Shown: positions 12,107 to 24,880, numbered from the stretch's first letter. The stretch: 64,000 nt of DNA from Camelus ferus (GCF_009834535.1 NC_045697.1:89282001-89346000); one strand, 5' to 3'. A program made the numbers and translations. Notes: generated by a model from the sequence alone, not told the origin.

Positions 12107-15100
12107 TCTACAAATCAAAATAAAGAAATTTAGTTTTTATCTAATTTTTGTACTTCTTTTGACTTACTTTAATTATTTTATGTTACCAACTTAAAACATT
12201 TTAAGACCCCAAAGCCTATCTATGTTGATTGTAAGAAATTAGTCATCAAAATTACTTAGCTGTGTTATTTTTCTTCTCAATCGCTTGTCAAGCTGGATTT
12301 ATGTAGAAACTTAGGACTAGATTTTATATCAGCTTCTAGGAAATAATGCTTGGAAAGGAGCCAATAAGATAATTCTGCTATTTGGGAAAATGGTACTTGT
12401 ACAATTGTTTTTGTTTCTTCAATTGTAATGGTAATTTTTCAAAAGTTTCTTAACTTTTTTCCCAAGCTAACCCAAAATGGAATTTTATTTTAAATGCTTT
12501 GTGATTGAAACGATTTGCAAGAAATATGTGCCTTGTTAAGCCAATATCCAGTGAATGCTACACGCAGATAGTTTCTACAACCGTATATAAAATGGCATGC
12601 TTAGTAGAAATAATGTATTTACATATTTCTTTCCTTCTCATATTAAAGGTAAAGCAGAAATGTAAACTAGACCAGTAATTCTCCATCTTTCACATTTTAT
12701 CTCTCCCAAATATTCTATCAAATAATCAAATTTCCAAATTATTACAAATAAAATGAATAACATTTCATAGACACAACTTTGGAAATCAATGTGTCCAAAA
12801 TGTTTTTCTTGGGAATTTTGAAATACCATAAGCTTATTTCATTAAAATATTAATAAAGCTTCATTTATTCTATGATTTATAGTAAAAACAACTTGATGTC
12901 ACTTATAATATGGGAGTAAGTGGGGACTTTGATTTAAAACAAGTAATCTTTTATGTACCATCAACTTTAACTCCTTCAGTAAAATAAAATGAAAAAATAT
13001 TTAATGTATTTTCAAGTTACACATGCATATATATCAGTTATATTTACACATATATATAAATGTAAATTTATATATACATTGTATATATACATTACATACA
13101 TATGTTATTGAAGAGTGTTCACAGTCTTTCTGACTTTCTAAAGTTGCAGGGTGTTGTTGAGATAAGTGAAGTGTTTGAGGAAGATAATTTTATCATAAAC
13201 AATAGAAAGCTTTGCAATAGGAGAAAGGCTGGGTGATAAGCACTATTCTAAGAGAGAGTATTTTAGTCATCCTATTTTCAGTATAGCTGTAGGTAGCAAT
13301 GACAGTGATATTCTGAAAGCTGAGAATTTCTAATGCACAGGGAATGCACAAAACCATTACTCACACGTACTGAATATTCACACTGGTTTTAGTGAATTTT
13401 GAGTTTTCAGACTTTGAAAAATAAATTCTTTATAATAATAGTATTATTATTACTTATATAGTTTCACTTTCTATATCCAAGTATTAAATTTTTCCAATTC
13501 CTTTTTTTCTCCGATTCACACTTTGCTTTTTTATTTCATAGCATTCTTATTGTCCATCTCTACCATACTAGGTCTGTGTAACTGTAACACACACACGTGG
13601 TACCTTGGACTCCAGCCTTTCTTCCTGTCACAATGGTTTTCTCATCTGGCTGGTAAAGTTATGCTCCTCAAATACTTTCATCTCCTTGTGACCCCTCATA
13701 TCAGATTTATCCCAGATCTCCTGTTGAATAACAGTAGTCACATTACACGAATCTCAGATTAGCTAATAAATAGATATACTTTTATTTTCTGGGCAGTAGT
13801 TAGAAGTAAATGGAGTTTAGAATGATATAGACATATAGACTTTAGGGAAATTCATCATCTGGATTTCTCCTGGCCTCATAATGGTAGGTACAGGTGATTG
13901 AGTGATGATTCAAATTTCACTGCCTGGTTTCTTCATCTTCAAATCTTATAATCTCTAGGAATTTCCCTAGAGTATCTACTGTGTGTTTCTGATGCTTCCA
14001 CTCACTAGCCTGTCCTGACAGTCCAAGGTGTGTATTACTGATGTCCTACTCTTGCTTGCAGGACACAGAGGCCTCTGTCTCACTGGGTCTCTCCTTTGTG
14101 CCGCACAGTGCCAGGGCTGGTGGCACAACATGCGGATTCTCTTCCTTTTCTTTGCTCTTTGTTAGAAGAGTTTCAAAGAAGTCTTGAGATGATTTACCAA
14201 AAATTACCTATAATCCTGTTTACTCTTTGCTGTCTCTGCATGATTATAAATAGCTATCTTTTTTACTATCAGAAGTAGCATAGTTGGGGTGAGAAATTGT
14301 ATGGTCATCCAGTTAATCGTGTCTTTTTGTCTCTCTCCTTCCCCCCTTCCCTTCCCAATGCCCCCCCCCAAATAAAACACAACAAAAAACAAAAAAACAA
14401 AATACTCTATAGTCATTAAAAAGGAATCTGAAGATTGGAGACCAAAGAGAAAGAGTCTGAGAAACAGATTCCACTTTCAGCTGTCATAACACCAGCCACA
14501 CTTGGGAGACAACTGTTCCTTTCTTCCTGGGTCTTTCATATATTATTTCACTTAGATTTGTTCTTTCTAAGAAGGTTCTTCAGTGTCATATGGAAAAAGA
14601 CTTCTTGCAGGTCAAGGCTCTCAGCAATTCTCTAGGTATGTATAAATTGTGTTCAGGCTAGAACATTGTCCCGCATTTCCAAACACCATACAGGCTCTAT
14701 AAATCCAAACTTTTCCTCCAAGTTCTTACCAGCATGCCAGCCCACGCACTCTCATTCTCCCACTGCACTAGTTTAGCTATTTATTTCTTTTAACTTCCAT
14801 ATGGCACCTCTTCCTAAGCCAAATTAATTTGCTTACTACCTTACAATCTTTATTTTCTTTTTTCAATTACAGTATCTCTAGCATAATCCCATTCCCTTAG
14901 TGTTGAAAATATTTCCCCCTAAATTATGCCAGTATACGTCCAGGAATTCAGCTGGCATGTATTAAAGTGCCCAAAAGTCACAGGTGTAAGGCTAGATGGT
15001 ATTTCTCTACTACCTACCAATCTTACCTCACATGTTTTCAGGACATTCTCATCTGATGGTTTTCTTACACTTGACATTGGCTCCAACTCCACAATCCTGA

Positions 15101-15567
15101 CTTATACATCAATTTTGTAAAACATAAGTAAGCATAAACATTGACTAGTAATTTTCTTTCAATTTTCTCACCTTTTCATATATCATTTTAAATCATATGA
15201 TAAGTATAATATATATGAATTGATTTATATTACTCCAGTGCCTAGTGCAGTGTTCCCCTCAAGCACACTATACAACTTTTAAGGACAGTATTTCAAATTA
15301 CATGTATTTAAGCTTAGCTAATAGACATAAATACCCTTTCCTCCAACATCAATCTAGCCAGTATATTTTGCTAAAATAAATGCATGAATTAATGGTTGAT
15401 GCTAGGGCTGAGGCAGATGAGCCTGTAACATCTTGTAGTGGCAGAAAGTAAGAATGCTCAGATAAAATACTGCACACATACTACCTATTGTGATGAGTAT
15501 TTGTTAAAGGAGCCAAGTGAAAGAGCCCTCACAGGCACAAGCTAGAGCAATCTGAACCAAAAAATAG

Positions 15568-16895
15568 CTTTGGCAACCACACAGAATCAATGGGATGCAG
15601 CAAAAGCAGTCCTGAGAGGGACGTTCATAGTGATACAGGCCTTCCTCAAAAAACAAGAAAAATCTCAAATAAACAACCTAGCCTACCACTTAAAACAATC
15701 AGAAAAACAGAACAAGTAAAACCTAAAGTCAGCAATGTTATCCTAGGGCAGTCTACCAAGGCAATAGAAATAAAAGCAAAAATAAACAAATGGTGCCTAA
15801 TTAAACTTATAAGCTTTTGCCCAGTAAAGGAAACTACAAACAAGACAAGCTACAGAATTGGAGAAAATATTTACAAGGGGTGGGACTGACAAAGTTTATT
15901 TCCCAGAATATACAGACAGCTCATACAACTCAATAACAACAAGAACAAAAAAGACAACCCCATCAAAAAAATGGGCAGAAGACCTAAACAGACAATTTTC
16001 CACTGAAGACATATAGATGGCCAATAGGCACATGAAAAAACATTCAGTATTGCTATGTAACAGGGACATGCAAATCTAAGCTATAATGAGGTACCACCTC
16101 ACACCAGTAAGAATGGCCATTATTAAAAAATGCTAGAGGGGGTGTGGAGAAAAGGGAACCCTCCTACACAGTTGATGGGAATGTAGTTTGGTGCAGCCGT
16201 TATGGAAAACAGTATGGAGATTCCCTAAAAAACTAAAAATAGAGTTGCCACATGATCCAGCAATCTACCTCCTGGGCACATATCTGGAGGAAACTCTAAT
16301 TCAAAAAGACACAAGCACCCCAATGTTCATAGCAGCACTATTTACAATAGCCAAGACATGGAAGCAACCTAAATGTCTGTGGCAGATGAATGGATGTAGA
16401 ATTTGTGGTATATTTATACAAGGGAATACTACTCAGCCATAAAAATGAATGAAATTCTGCCATTTGCAGCAATATGGATGGATCTGGAGATCATCATTCT
16501 AAGTGAAGTAAGCCAGAAAGAGAAGTGATACCACTTATATGTGGAATCTAAAAAAAAAAAAAAAAAAAAGACACAAATGAACTTATTTATAAATCAGAAA
16601 CAGACTCACAGACATAGAAAACAGACTCACAGACATAGAAAACAAACTCATGATTGCAAGAGAGAAGGAGGGTATGGAAGGGAAAATTGAGAGTTCAGGA
16701 TTTGCAGATACTAACCACTATACACAGAGTAGATGAACAATAAGGTTATACTGTACAGTACAGGGAACTATATTCAATATCTTGTAATAACCTTTAATGA
16801 AAAAGAATATGAAAAGGAATATATATGCATAACTGAATTACTTTGCTGTACACCAGAAACTAACATGACATTGTAATTCAACTGTACTTCAATTA
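15568..16895 (+). mobile_element. Younger cetartiodactyl-type L1, 5'-truncated and internally deleted, with TSD
   Basis: ORF2 motifs (atgggatgcagcaaaagcagt; [41 protein letters not shown]) and 3' UTR ...tactttgctgtacaccagaaactaaca...cttcaattaaaaaa. TSD aaaaaatag at 15559-15567 and 16896-16904. Confidence 0.95.
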
Positions 16896-17044
16896 AAAAA
16901 ATAGTTGTTGGATTATAATCCAAAGCATAAAATAAATATCCATGAGTCTAAACTGATATAAACAGATGATTGACTAAATGAATAAATAAATAAATGAGAA
17001 TAAATAAATTTCTTAAGAAGAATAATTTCATGTAATTTATATGG

Positions 17045-17514
17045 TGTGAAAGAAAAATCAAAATGGAGTTGGTATTGCTAAGAAAATTTTCTCCAAATGA
17101 AGCTAGGAGTTCATTGAGGACGTGTGACATGCATGTCTCATCATGGATGGAATCTGACCTTTCGACCACTTACTATCCTAAAAAAGACATGTAGAACATT
17201 TCTCAGAAACTCAAGATTTTTATCAGGTCCTTACCATAGACTAACTGGTGAATTCTTTTTTTTTTTAACTTGTAATATTTTTGTATATTTTATGGCGATA
17301 TTCTATGCATTTCTACAAAGTTATTAGTTTTTCTTCTAACTAGTGAATTCTTAAGGACAGAATTTCCTGACTTATGTCAAAGTCACTCACAATTCTTACC
17401 TGACAACTTTAGTAGTCTTGTGGTTTTCTGTCTTTATAAGCCCCTGACTCTCTTCCCTGGAGCACTCTTTAGGTTTTACCCTCTCTGCGGTCTTGATGCT
17501 GTTATTGTTCAACA
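17045..17514 (+). mobile_element. Probable ERV1-type solo LTR
   Basis: Bounded by TG (tgtgaaag) and CA (ttcaaca) and interrupts a collinear L1MD. TATA-like tataag at 17435-17440 followed by ccctgactc...ggagcactc. Family not identified. Confidence 0.55.
17258..17335 (-). mobile_element. 78-bp L1-mobilised poly(A) insertion of unknown source
   Basis: 17-bp direct repeats ctaactggtgaattctt (17241-17257) and ctaactagtgaattctt (17336-17352); T11 run at the left end. Confidence 0.7.
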
Positions 17515-17531
17515 GTAGAAGGTACTACCAT

Positions 17532-17947
17532 TGTGTTAAGGTTCTCCAGAGAAACAGAGCCCACAGAATTGTGTGTAAATATATATGGAAAGAGAGAGAA
17601 ATCTATTTTAAGGCCTTGACTAATGGGATTATAGAGGCTTGGTAATTCAGAAATCTGCAGGGTAGGCTAGCAGGCTGAAGACTAGGGGAAGAGTTGCAGT
17701 TTGAGTCCAAGGATAGTCTCCTGACAGAATTCCTTTTGGCTTAGGGAAGGTCAGTCTTTTCTATTAAGACCTTCAGCTGATTGGATGAGGCCCACTCACA
17801 TTATGAGGTAATCTACTTTACTCAGTCCAACAATTTAATTGTAAATCTCATCCCAAAACACCTTCACAGAAACATCCAGAACAATGTTTGACCAAATATA
17901 GGGGCACCATGGCCCAGCCAAGTTGACACAGAAAATTAACCTTCACA
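17532..17947 (-). mobile_element. MLT2C/D solo LTR (ERVL)
   Basis: tgtgttaaggttctccagagaaacaga ... ctgattggatgaggcccactcacattat ... gccaagttgacacagaaaattaaccttcaca covers a full MLT2 LTR in reverse. Confidence 0.92.
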
Positions 17948-18837
17948 CTTCTCGAGAGATTGAGGATAACTCCCCTTTCCTAAAATGTTGTCTTTTCTAA
18001 GTGACTTCCCTCCAATGAACACAGTTTGGAAAGAGTAGCAAAAGAATAACTTTACAGTGAAGAAAATTGAATAATTACCTGTCAGGTGATCAAGGTCCAT
18101 ATCAGCAGTGATAAACCACACTGATGGACATACTCTCAATAAGAGGTGAATATGCACTTTACCTCTGTGGTCTTCTTCTCCAGTACACAAATCCCCTGTC
18201 TAATTATGGAACAAACATCAGACAAACTCCAGTTGATGAGCATTCTACAAAACACTTGATTGGTGCTCTTTAAAACTGCCAAGATCATCAAAAACAGGAA
18301 GATTTTAGAAATTGTCACAGTCTACTGACGCCTAAAGGGATGACGACTGAATGTAGTAGCATGGTATCGTGGGGGGATTCTGGTACAGAACAGGGACATC
18401 AGGTAAAAACTAAGAAATCTGAATACACTGTGGACTTTTTTTTTAGTAATAATGGTACAATGTTGATTTATTAGCTGTGGCAAATATACCATATTAATGT
18501 AAGATAGGAGACACTGGGTATAGGTTTTAGAGGAACTCTGTACTTTTTTTTTACAAAGTTTCTGTAAACCTAACACCCTCCTAAAATAAAATGTTTGTTG
18601 GAAAAAAAAACCTAAAGAACAAAACAAAAATATGTGTGGATTTTTACCTCAGACAGACCTTTAAACGAGGCCTAAACACTCATAATTTTATTTTTCTCAT
18701 TTCATGAGACTGTACAGAGAATAAATTTAAAAAATGAATATGTAGAATCATTAACAAATTGTCTGGCATATAGTCTGAGCTCCATAATGTTAATTTCTTC
18801 ACTCTGCTCGTACCTCTTCAACAATGGTGTTAAGGCT

Positions 18838-18845
18838 TATTATTA

Positions 18846-18897
<52 letters not shown>

Positions 18898-18898
18898 T
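18838..18898 (+). repeat. (TAT)n microsatellite
   Basis: Long near-perfect tat repeat seen directly. Confidence 0.95.
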
Positions 18899-19405
18899 TA
18901 AGTAAAGGTGCCAGAAATTCATTGCAAAACAGTAGGTGGTTGATTCACTGAGAAAGTTAATTTTATTCAAACCTACAGCTCTACCATAGATTCATATTAA
19001 AAAAATCTACATTAAACATATATAATCACTAGTAGGAGGGAAGCAATAAAATTCTCCATGGAGAGAACAAATTTTCAATGCAGGTAATCAGTATTCTTGG
19101 AACATCTCAGAAGAAAAGACTAAAAGGAAAAGAAATCAAATAACCTATTGCTGGTAGCATATGATGCTATATACTTAAACTGACGTGTGTTGAATCTGGC
19201 AGTCTCAGTGGCATTTAGCAGATAAATCTCTTTACCAGAACTCTCAGTCAGCTAAAATGCGCAGCAGACACATTTAAGTCAGACTGCTTCAGTGGAGGAA
19301 ACTCTGTTGGTGGTCACAGACACCAAAGATTCAGGTAAAGGAAATTCTGAATTAGGGAGTCTCCAATTTAATTATTCCTGCACTGCCCCCCTCCTCTCCA
19401 CCCCT

Positions 19406-19408
<3 letters not shown>

Positions 19409-19454
<46 letters not shown>

Positions 19455-19465
19455 TTACATTATCA

Positions 19466-19504
<39 letters not shown>
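19409..19504 (+). repeat. (AC)22 followed by (CT)n microsatellite
   Basis: AC run 19409-19452, CT run ~19466-19504. Confidence 0.95.
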
Positions 19505-19507
<3 letters not shown>

Positions 19508-20367
19508 AGTCCATGTCTGACATTTTGGATTTCAGGTTGATTAGACTGTACCAATACACTCATAAATTTAAATGCAAGCACAGATTAAGCGTGTGTTTCT
19601 AAGCTAGAAGTGCTCTTACTTTCCGACAGATGGCCATGAATTCAAATAATTTGCTTTGGAGAAATCTAAACATACTTTATCTGCATGCATCATAGGCCGC
19701 ATGAAGCACTACATACAGCTGGGTGTCAGAGCCTATACTGCGAGCCATTAAATACCCCATGGTTCTTGTTAAAGTAAATTATTTTCAACTGTGTGCCATG
19801 TGGCTCACCTCCTCCTGCCCAGTCCATCAGATGGTTGAAATGATGTGTGAGTAGAGGAGCTTGTATATATGACTGTATACATATACACATAAAATCTTAA
19901 ATGTGTGCAAGCAATTAAAAAAAATCCCAAAAACCTTTAAGAAGTATTAGATGAAGCATATGTGGATGTCTTTATCTGTTAGTATCTTCATTCCTGGTTT
20001 TACATCAGAAAAGTTTAATAACAATGTGTTTTAGAATTTATTTTCAAAAGTCAGTAAATAACTTATATATTATCAGATTGACTTACTTCAAGCCAGTCAA
20101 TTTTAAAGTTTATTAAATATTTTTTAAAAGAGCAATATTGAGAATTCTCAGTTTAGTATTTATATGCTATTTGTATTTAAATGCATAGCTATTCAAATTT
20201 ATATCATTCACCACTGGCATATAAATGTAAGTAAAGCATAAACATATCTTAAGTTAATAAAACACTTTCTATTATGTAAGGCACATTTGTAATCACTAAA
20301 CTACCTATTTCTCTCTGCATTCCTGTGAATTAAATGAATATAGGCACTTTTGTTTGTATTTTATAGA

Positions 20368-20600
20368 TAATAACAGCTTATACTTCCAGAGTTCTTAACA
20401 TGCTTCAAAATTTAAGGTTTTAAAAATACTAAATCTTTCATCCTCACACAGTTCCATAAAGTAGTCTATTTATTATTCCCCTTATTTTTGAATGAGGAAA
20501 CTGAAGAATAGAGAGTTTAAATATTTCATGCTAAGTCATTTAGACAGTGGCCACAAGATCCAAAATTCAGATACATGTAGTATGACTCCAGGGTTTGAGC
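20368..20600 (-). mobile_element. MIR SINE
   Basis: attattccccttatttttgaatgaggaaactgaagaatagagagtttaa...tgactccagg. Confidence 0.8.
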
Positions 20601-20739
20601 CTGAGCAATTACATTGTTTTTATAGGACAGGTACAAAACCAACCAACCAACAAAACAAATACAAAATAGTGGCACTGAATAAATTGTTTAAACTCACAGA
20701 GCCAATCAAGTGATGATTTTAGGCTTTTGTACAACTCGA

Positions 20740-21458
20740 AGATTAAGGGTATGTTTTGACTTCAGGCAAATTTTGGTTCAAATCAAACCACTTAATAGCT
20801 GTGTAAACTTACAGAGTCGCTTAACCTCACTGAACCTCACTCCTTATCTTCAAAGTAAGGGTGCTAATATTTATTTCATAGGATTATTTCAGTAATTAAA
20901 TATGTTAATGTTATGAAGCAAGGACTCTGCTCAACATGCATAGAAGCCACAGTATGATACTGGCTCTTGAAAAAAGAAAAGGCTCTATTGGGAGATTGAC
21001 TGGCAAGGAGATAGGAGGCAAGGTTCTCAAATCTGTCTTTCTGATCTGAGGTTCAATCAAACTTTTATGAGTTAGGGTAGTAGGCTTGGTATGAGGAAGC
21101 AGGACATGTTTCTATTGGGGGACTTTGGAACTTGGCCATTTGCACTAAGGTGTGGTAAAGGGGCTTCAGCACAGGATCTTCCTGGACAATGGATCAGGTG
21201 CTGGTCCTGTCCCAGGCCTTTGGTTCATTGTGGGGTGGTGGGGTGGGGGACTTTGGTTCTGAGTAGTTTTTGAGGTCAAAATTTTCTCCTCTGAACATGC
21301 TTTAGCTGCGTTAACTTGTGGTTTTGTTCTGTTCTCTGTGTAAAACAACTCAGTATCTTGTTACAGTCAGTGTAGGGCCAGTTTCAGCTCATCCTGCAGT
21401 TATGTTAGCTTATAAAAAACACTTGGCACACAATAAATTCTCAACAAATAGTAGCTAA
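20740..21458 (+). mobile_element. MIR SINE split by an LTR (20740-20908 and 21405-21458)
   Basis: ggttcaaatc...cacttaatagctgtgtaaactt...cttaacctcactgaacctca...tcataggatt; resumes with cttggcacacaataaattctcaacaaatagtagcta. Confidence 0.8.
20909..21404 (-). mobile_element. ERV1 solo LTR, MER66/MER89-like group
   Basis: Reverse complement begins ataactgcaggatgagctgaaactggccctac and contains agacagatttgag...tctccttgccagtc...ccttttcttttttcaagagccag, as in MER66-group LTRs. Flanks ttaa/ttag fit a 4-bp TSD. Confidence 0.75.
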
Positions 21459-22234
21459 GTATACTCTTCTACATTTAAAATAATTTTTTTTCAAATTTAA
21501 GAGTTGAAATATTACATGACAAGTGTGTTACTTTGTTAGATATAATCATCTACATTGTTTTGTCTTTTAAAGGCATGAATTAAAGATATGAATATTTAAA
21601 AAACTTTTTGAAACCTAAGTTAAAAACAGATTTAAAGACATTTCCACAAAATGTTAAAGGTTATGATTGCATTTATAATTCTTCAAAGCAGTTAGCTTAC
21701 ATTCTACATTTTTCAATATGAATTGGAGGTAGAACACTTAAACAATACACAGAATTGGCATTCAATTCACTTGACCCTAATTTTCCTGTCTTATATTGCA
21801 TTTACCTTCTTAATTATTCCATCTTCATATTCTAACTTCTTGGAAAAGGTGCCAAGGGAAAAATAAATCAAAGAAACACTACTCAGAAGGTATGAAAATG
21901 CTTTTTTTTTTTTTTTTTTGCATATTGTTTAACCAGGAATATGTCTGTTCCTTGGTTAATTTTACTGTAACAACTTTCATTACTTTCTAATTACTTCCTT
22001 TAGTTATCCTCGTCAACAATATCCTTTAATAAAACCCTGTCCACATCTTCAGGTCCAACTTTATGTAGCCTACAAGTATTTATTCAAAACTGATACATTT
22101 AGCTGTACTCAAGGATCTATAACATACTTAGGAATTTAAGAACAAAGTGTATTAAACATATCAAACAATCACAGCAATGTGTGTCTATTTTTCATGATGA
22201 AATATTTCAGAGAAGAATAACAATGAATTTAGTG

Positions 22235-22480
22235 ATAATAAGAAACTTTTATTAGTTAAATACTCTGTGCCACAGACTTACTATGTCCTCTTTCACTTAA
22301 TACTCTCAACAACTGTAAGAGTTAAGTATTATTGGCATCCTCATCTTATCATTGAAACAACTGAGAGACAAAGGTTAAATAGCTTGCCCTTGATTAAATG
22401 GTGCAGTAGAGACTGGAAGTCAGGCAGCTGGATTCCAGAGTCAACACATGCACTGCCGTTGCTAATGTTGTAACTGCCTT
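22235..22480 (-). mobile_element. MIR SINE
   Basis: tactctgtgccacag...ctctcaacaactgtaag...aactgagagacaaaggttaaatagcttgccc...ctggattccagag. Confidence 0.8.
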
Positions 22481-23566
22481 ATCACCAGAGGAGAGTAGTG
22501 AGAGAATAGAGAAGGACTGAATTTATGATGGAGAAAGGGAAGGGAGTAAAAAGTATGATAGAAAAAAGAACTAGGGAGACAGAATTTGAAAGTCATAGAA
22601 ATATGAAGTATTCTTAACATAGTCTAATGGGGCATACCCCTCCCCAACCCAGATAGAGGTGGTTATATTTCATGAAGATTTTGGAGATTTTGTGGAAATA
22701 AATTATTTAATAAAATAGTTCCTAATACAGGAGTCATCTTCAAGGTAATTAAAGATGGAAAGAAACCAGAACTAGAAAAGACGTGTAGAAGACTTTCTGC
22801 AATATATGTGGGATGCAACTTAGATGCGAATTTGCATAATGGCAATGGTAAAAAAAAGAAGATGTGAAGGAAGCAAGAGCTATTTGGAATAAAGTTAATT
22901 TTTATATAAACATCTGTTTATGACATTGCATAGATGATTTCCTTCACCTCAATTAAAAGTATTGATCTGTTCTCCTTTCCTCTCAACACCTCATTACTTT
23001 TTCTTCTAACCATCATTATCTCTGTCAGTGGAGTCATTCATGAAGTGTTCTCATTTGACCCCATGTGAAATCATGAGAGCCATATCTTCTTTACCTTATC
23101 ATTTAGAATAATATTTCCATATCCACAGCTTTTCCTTGATGAGTCTTCAAAACATTCAAAGAGCAATAACTGCAGCAATAATCTTGTGCTGGATTTATCT
23201 TCCCTTTATCTACAATATACTTTTGAACTATTCCTAGATGTTTCTGCATATTTATGATTTTACTATTCTGTTTAAGAGATTTTATCCATATCCCACATCA
23301 TTGCATCCACAGAATTTAATCAATTATATTCACCCCCTATACCTATAACTGTGATATTATCAAAGAAGTCATGTATTTGTGATATAAAATGCACTGAATT
23401 GAGTCAGAAATTAAAGTTTTAGTTTGAGTTATGCTAGAGTTAATTAGAGGAGATAATAACTACAGAACTTCCACTGAAGTCAGAATATTAAGCTCTGTAC
23501 TATGAGAGATACACAAGCAATAAGAAAATTTAACTCTCAAAAGCTTTAAAATCTAGAAGTTATACA

Positions 23567-24455
23567 CAGATAACCCTTGAACAACACAGGTTTGACTTGT
23601 GTGGTTCTACTTAAATGTGGACTTTTTTCAATAAATATACAAAAATATACATGTAGAACATTGTGTGCAAGACTTGAAGTGAATAGCCTGACTTATATAA
23701 GCATAAGGTGAATAATATTTAGTATAAAATCAATAATGTGTTACTTTCCTTAATGTTTTATAACTTAGCTTTCAAAGAATTACATTACTGTATAGTATGC
23801 CTCTTACTTGTAATTGGGGAAACTGCCTATCAGCCTATCATCACAGGTACTTTTTTTTTAAAAAAATGTAACAATGTTTCCAAAAATGTATTGTGAATAT
23901 GACTATAATACCATATACCACAAAATTTTTATAATGATTAGTATATAGTCTAAGCTACCATGAGTCACTCATATTGCTGCTGCATTTTCTTATCAATAAA
24001 TCACTAAACCTGTAAACAAATATAGATTACTTTTTCATGTTACCTTTTCATTTGATGTCTAGTGTTAGTCATATGTATAACATTTACAGTGTTTCATATC
24101 ATATAAGACAATATTGATTATAGGTACTGATGGACAGACAATTCATCTTGTAAACAGAGGTTGTATATTTATGATATCAATAAATACAGGACAGTACTGT
24201 AAATTAGCTTTCTCTTCCTTATGATTTCCTTAATACCATTGTCTTCTCTCTAGCTTACTTTATTGTAAGAATGTAGTATGTAAAATATATAATATACAAG
24301 ATATGTGTTAATGGACTATTCATGTTACCAGTAAAGCTTCCCATCAACAGTAGGTTATTAGTAGTTAAGTTTCTGGGGAGTCAAAAGTTATATGTGAATT
24401 TTCAGCTGTGCTGGGGTCAGTACCCCTGACCTCTGCAGTGTTCGAGGGTCAACTG
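23567..24455 (+). mobile_element. Tigger2 internally deleted derivative (TcMar-Tigger)
   Basis: TIRs cagataacccttgaacaacacagg and gtgttcgagggtcaactg followed by TA. Tigger2 3' body ctctagcttactttattgtaagaat...caacagtaggttattagtagttaagtt. Confidence 0.92.
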
Positions 24456-24463
24456 TATATGTG

Positions 24464-24505
<42 letters not shown>
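24456..24505 (+). repeat. (TA)/(TG)n microsatellite at the Tigger2 TA target
   Basis: tatatgtgtatatatatgtgtgtg... directly abutting the TIR. Confidence 0.85.
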
Positions 24506-24506
<1 letters not shown>

Positions 24507-24759
24507 TGCTCCAAATGGCCATAAAAAATAGAAAAGCAGGAGTCTAAAGTAGTACTAATACTTCAAGGCTGAGGAAAAAACATAATCTGTTGAGGACATA
24601 GAAATTTTTACTGAGAAAAGAGCATTTGGCTGGAACTTAAATAATAGGTAAGATTTAGACAAGAATTCAAGTCTCAGTTGAGGAAAGGCATAGAGTAGAA
24701 CTTTAGGGTGCACATTCAGGAAGTTTTGTCACTGTGTAAGCAATGAATGGAGGAGAAAA

Positions 24760-24880
24760 TATAATAACAGCTAGCATTTATTAAATACATTCTGTGTCTA
24801 AGACATCTTGTAAAACATTCCACATGAAATATCTCAACCTCTTGTTTAGAATCCTATGATGTAGTAACTATCATTTAATT
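24760..24880 (-). mobile_element. MIR 3' fragment
   Basis: ataataacagctagcatttattaaatac...aatcctatgatgtagtaactatcatt. Confidence 0.7.

Larger units (their letters stand above)
15395..18610 (+). mobile_element. L1MD/L1MC-type 3' UTR, split by nested insertions (pieces ~15395-15567, 16896-17044, 17515-17531, 17948-18610)
   Basis: agatgagcctgtaacatcttgtagtggcagaaagtaag, ttggattataatccaaagcataaaataaatatccatgagtc and cactttacctctgtggtcttc...aaacatcagacaaact...tttctgtaaacctaa are collinear with the L1MD 3' end. Confidence 0.85.

Noticed and set aside
16188..16442. [23 protein letters not shown] as a host gene
   Set aside because: It is the L1 ORF2p C-terminal region
19292..19540. ORF with TH and SL repeats
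   Set aside because: Translation of the AC and CT microsatellites
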